Source: Pocillopora damicornis (Eukaryota). Taken from it: 64,000 bases of DNA. The stretch lies in contig NW_020844752.1 in the NCBI RefSeq assembly GCF_003704095.1, forward strand, positions 1 through 64,000, given 5' to 3'. The translations under genes and the position numbers were made by a program. The notes under the pieces were generated by a model, which ran no database searches, was not told the origin of the DNA, and worked only from the letters and a program-made list of their open reading frames with translations. This document shows positions 63,679-64,000 of this stretch, piece after piece (within the stretch, counting starts at the first letter, position 1; each line of letters starts with the position of its first letter).

Positions 63679-64000
63679 CACAAACTTGTTTATGTCGACC
63701 AGGAGGGCTTCAGGGACATGGCAGAAACATAATGATTTTAAAAAGCCTTGGGATTCTCTTTTTACTACTCTATCCCTAACAGGAGTAAATGAGATTTGAT
63801 GTTCTATTGGGTAAAGGCACAAAATTGCTTGCGTCGAACAGGATTTGAGCCAGACGTCAGAAATGTAATGATTTCAGAAAGCTTACTCTACCTCTAACAG
63901 ATGTTGGTAACTGAGGTGGTCACGTGGGTCAAGTTCAAATATGAGCACGTGATTAACACCAGCTTGGCGCCAGCCCCAGGTATTCACGGCCAAAAGAAAA

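Overview
AT-rich, intron-containing eukaryotic (animal) scaffold with four N-gaps. The repeat families and gene content suggest a scleractinian coral such as a pocilloporid (inference). Most ORFs in the supplied track are exon pieces or noise; the gene models below were spliced by hand at GT-AG sites. From left to right: (1) the 5' exon of a laminin N-terminal-domain protein (minus) with no in-frame ATG; (2) a two-exon, 70-aa secreted neuropeptide-like precursor (plus, 5689-6734); (3) the highlight, a 23-exon, ~1395-aa minus-strand gene (22710-9431) encoding a signal peptide, THREE tandem class-C-GPCR-type Venus flytrap (ANF_receptor) domains, one TM helix and a ~45-aa tail, with no 7TM, cyclase or channel domain; (4) a decayed, intron-retaining exostosin-like pseudogene (31825-23679); (5) a ~10-kb head-to-tail tandem duplication (35675-45272 / 45273-55272) carrying an unrecognised spliced gene and copy-specific insertions; (6) the 3' six exons of XPR1 (minus). 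Interspersed elements include TTAA-flanked piggyBac-type MITEs, a tRNA-derived repeat, a 3.3-kb TIR element with a 28-bp minisatellite, and two palindromic Penelope-like inserts with minimal hammerhead motifs and TSDs.
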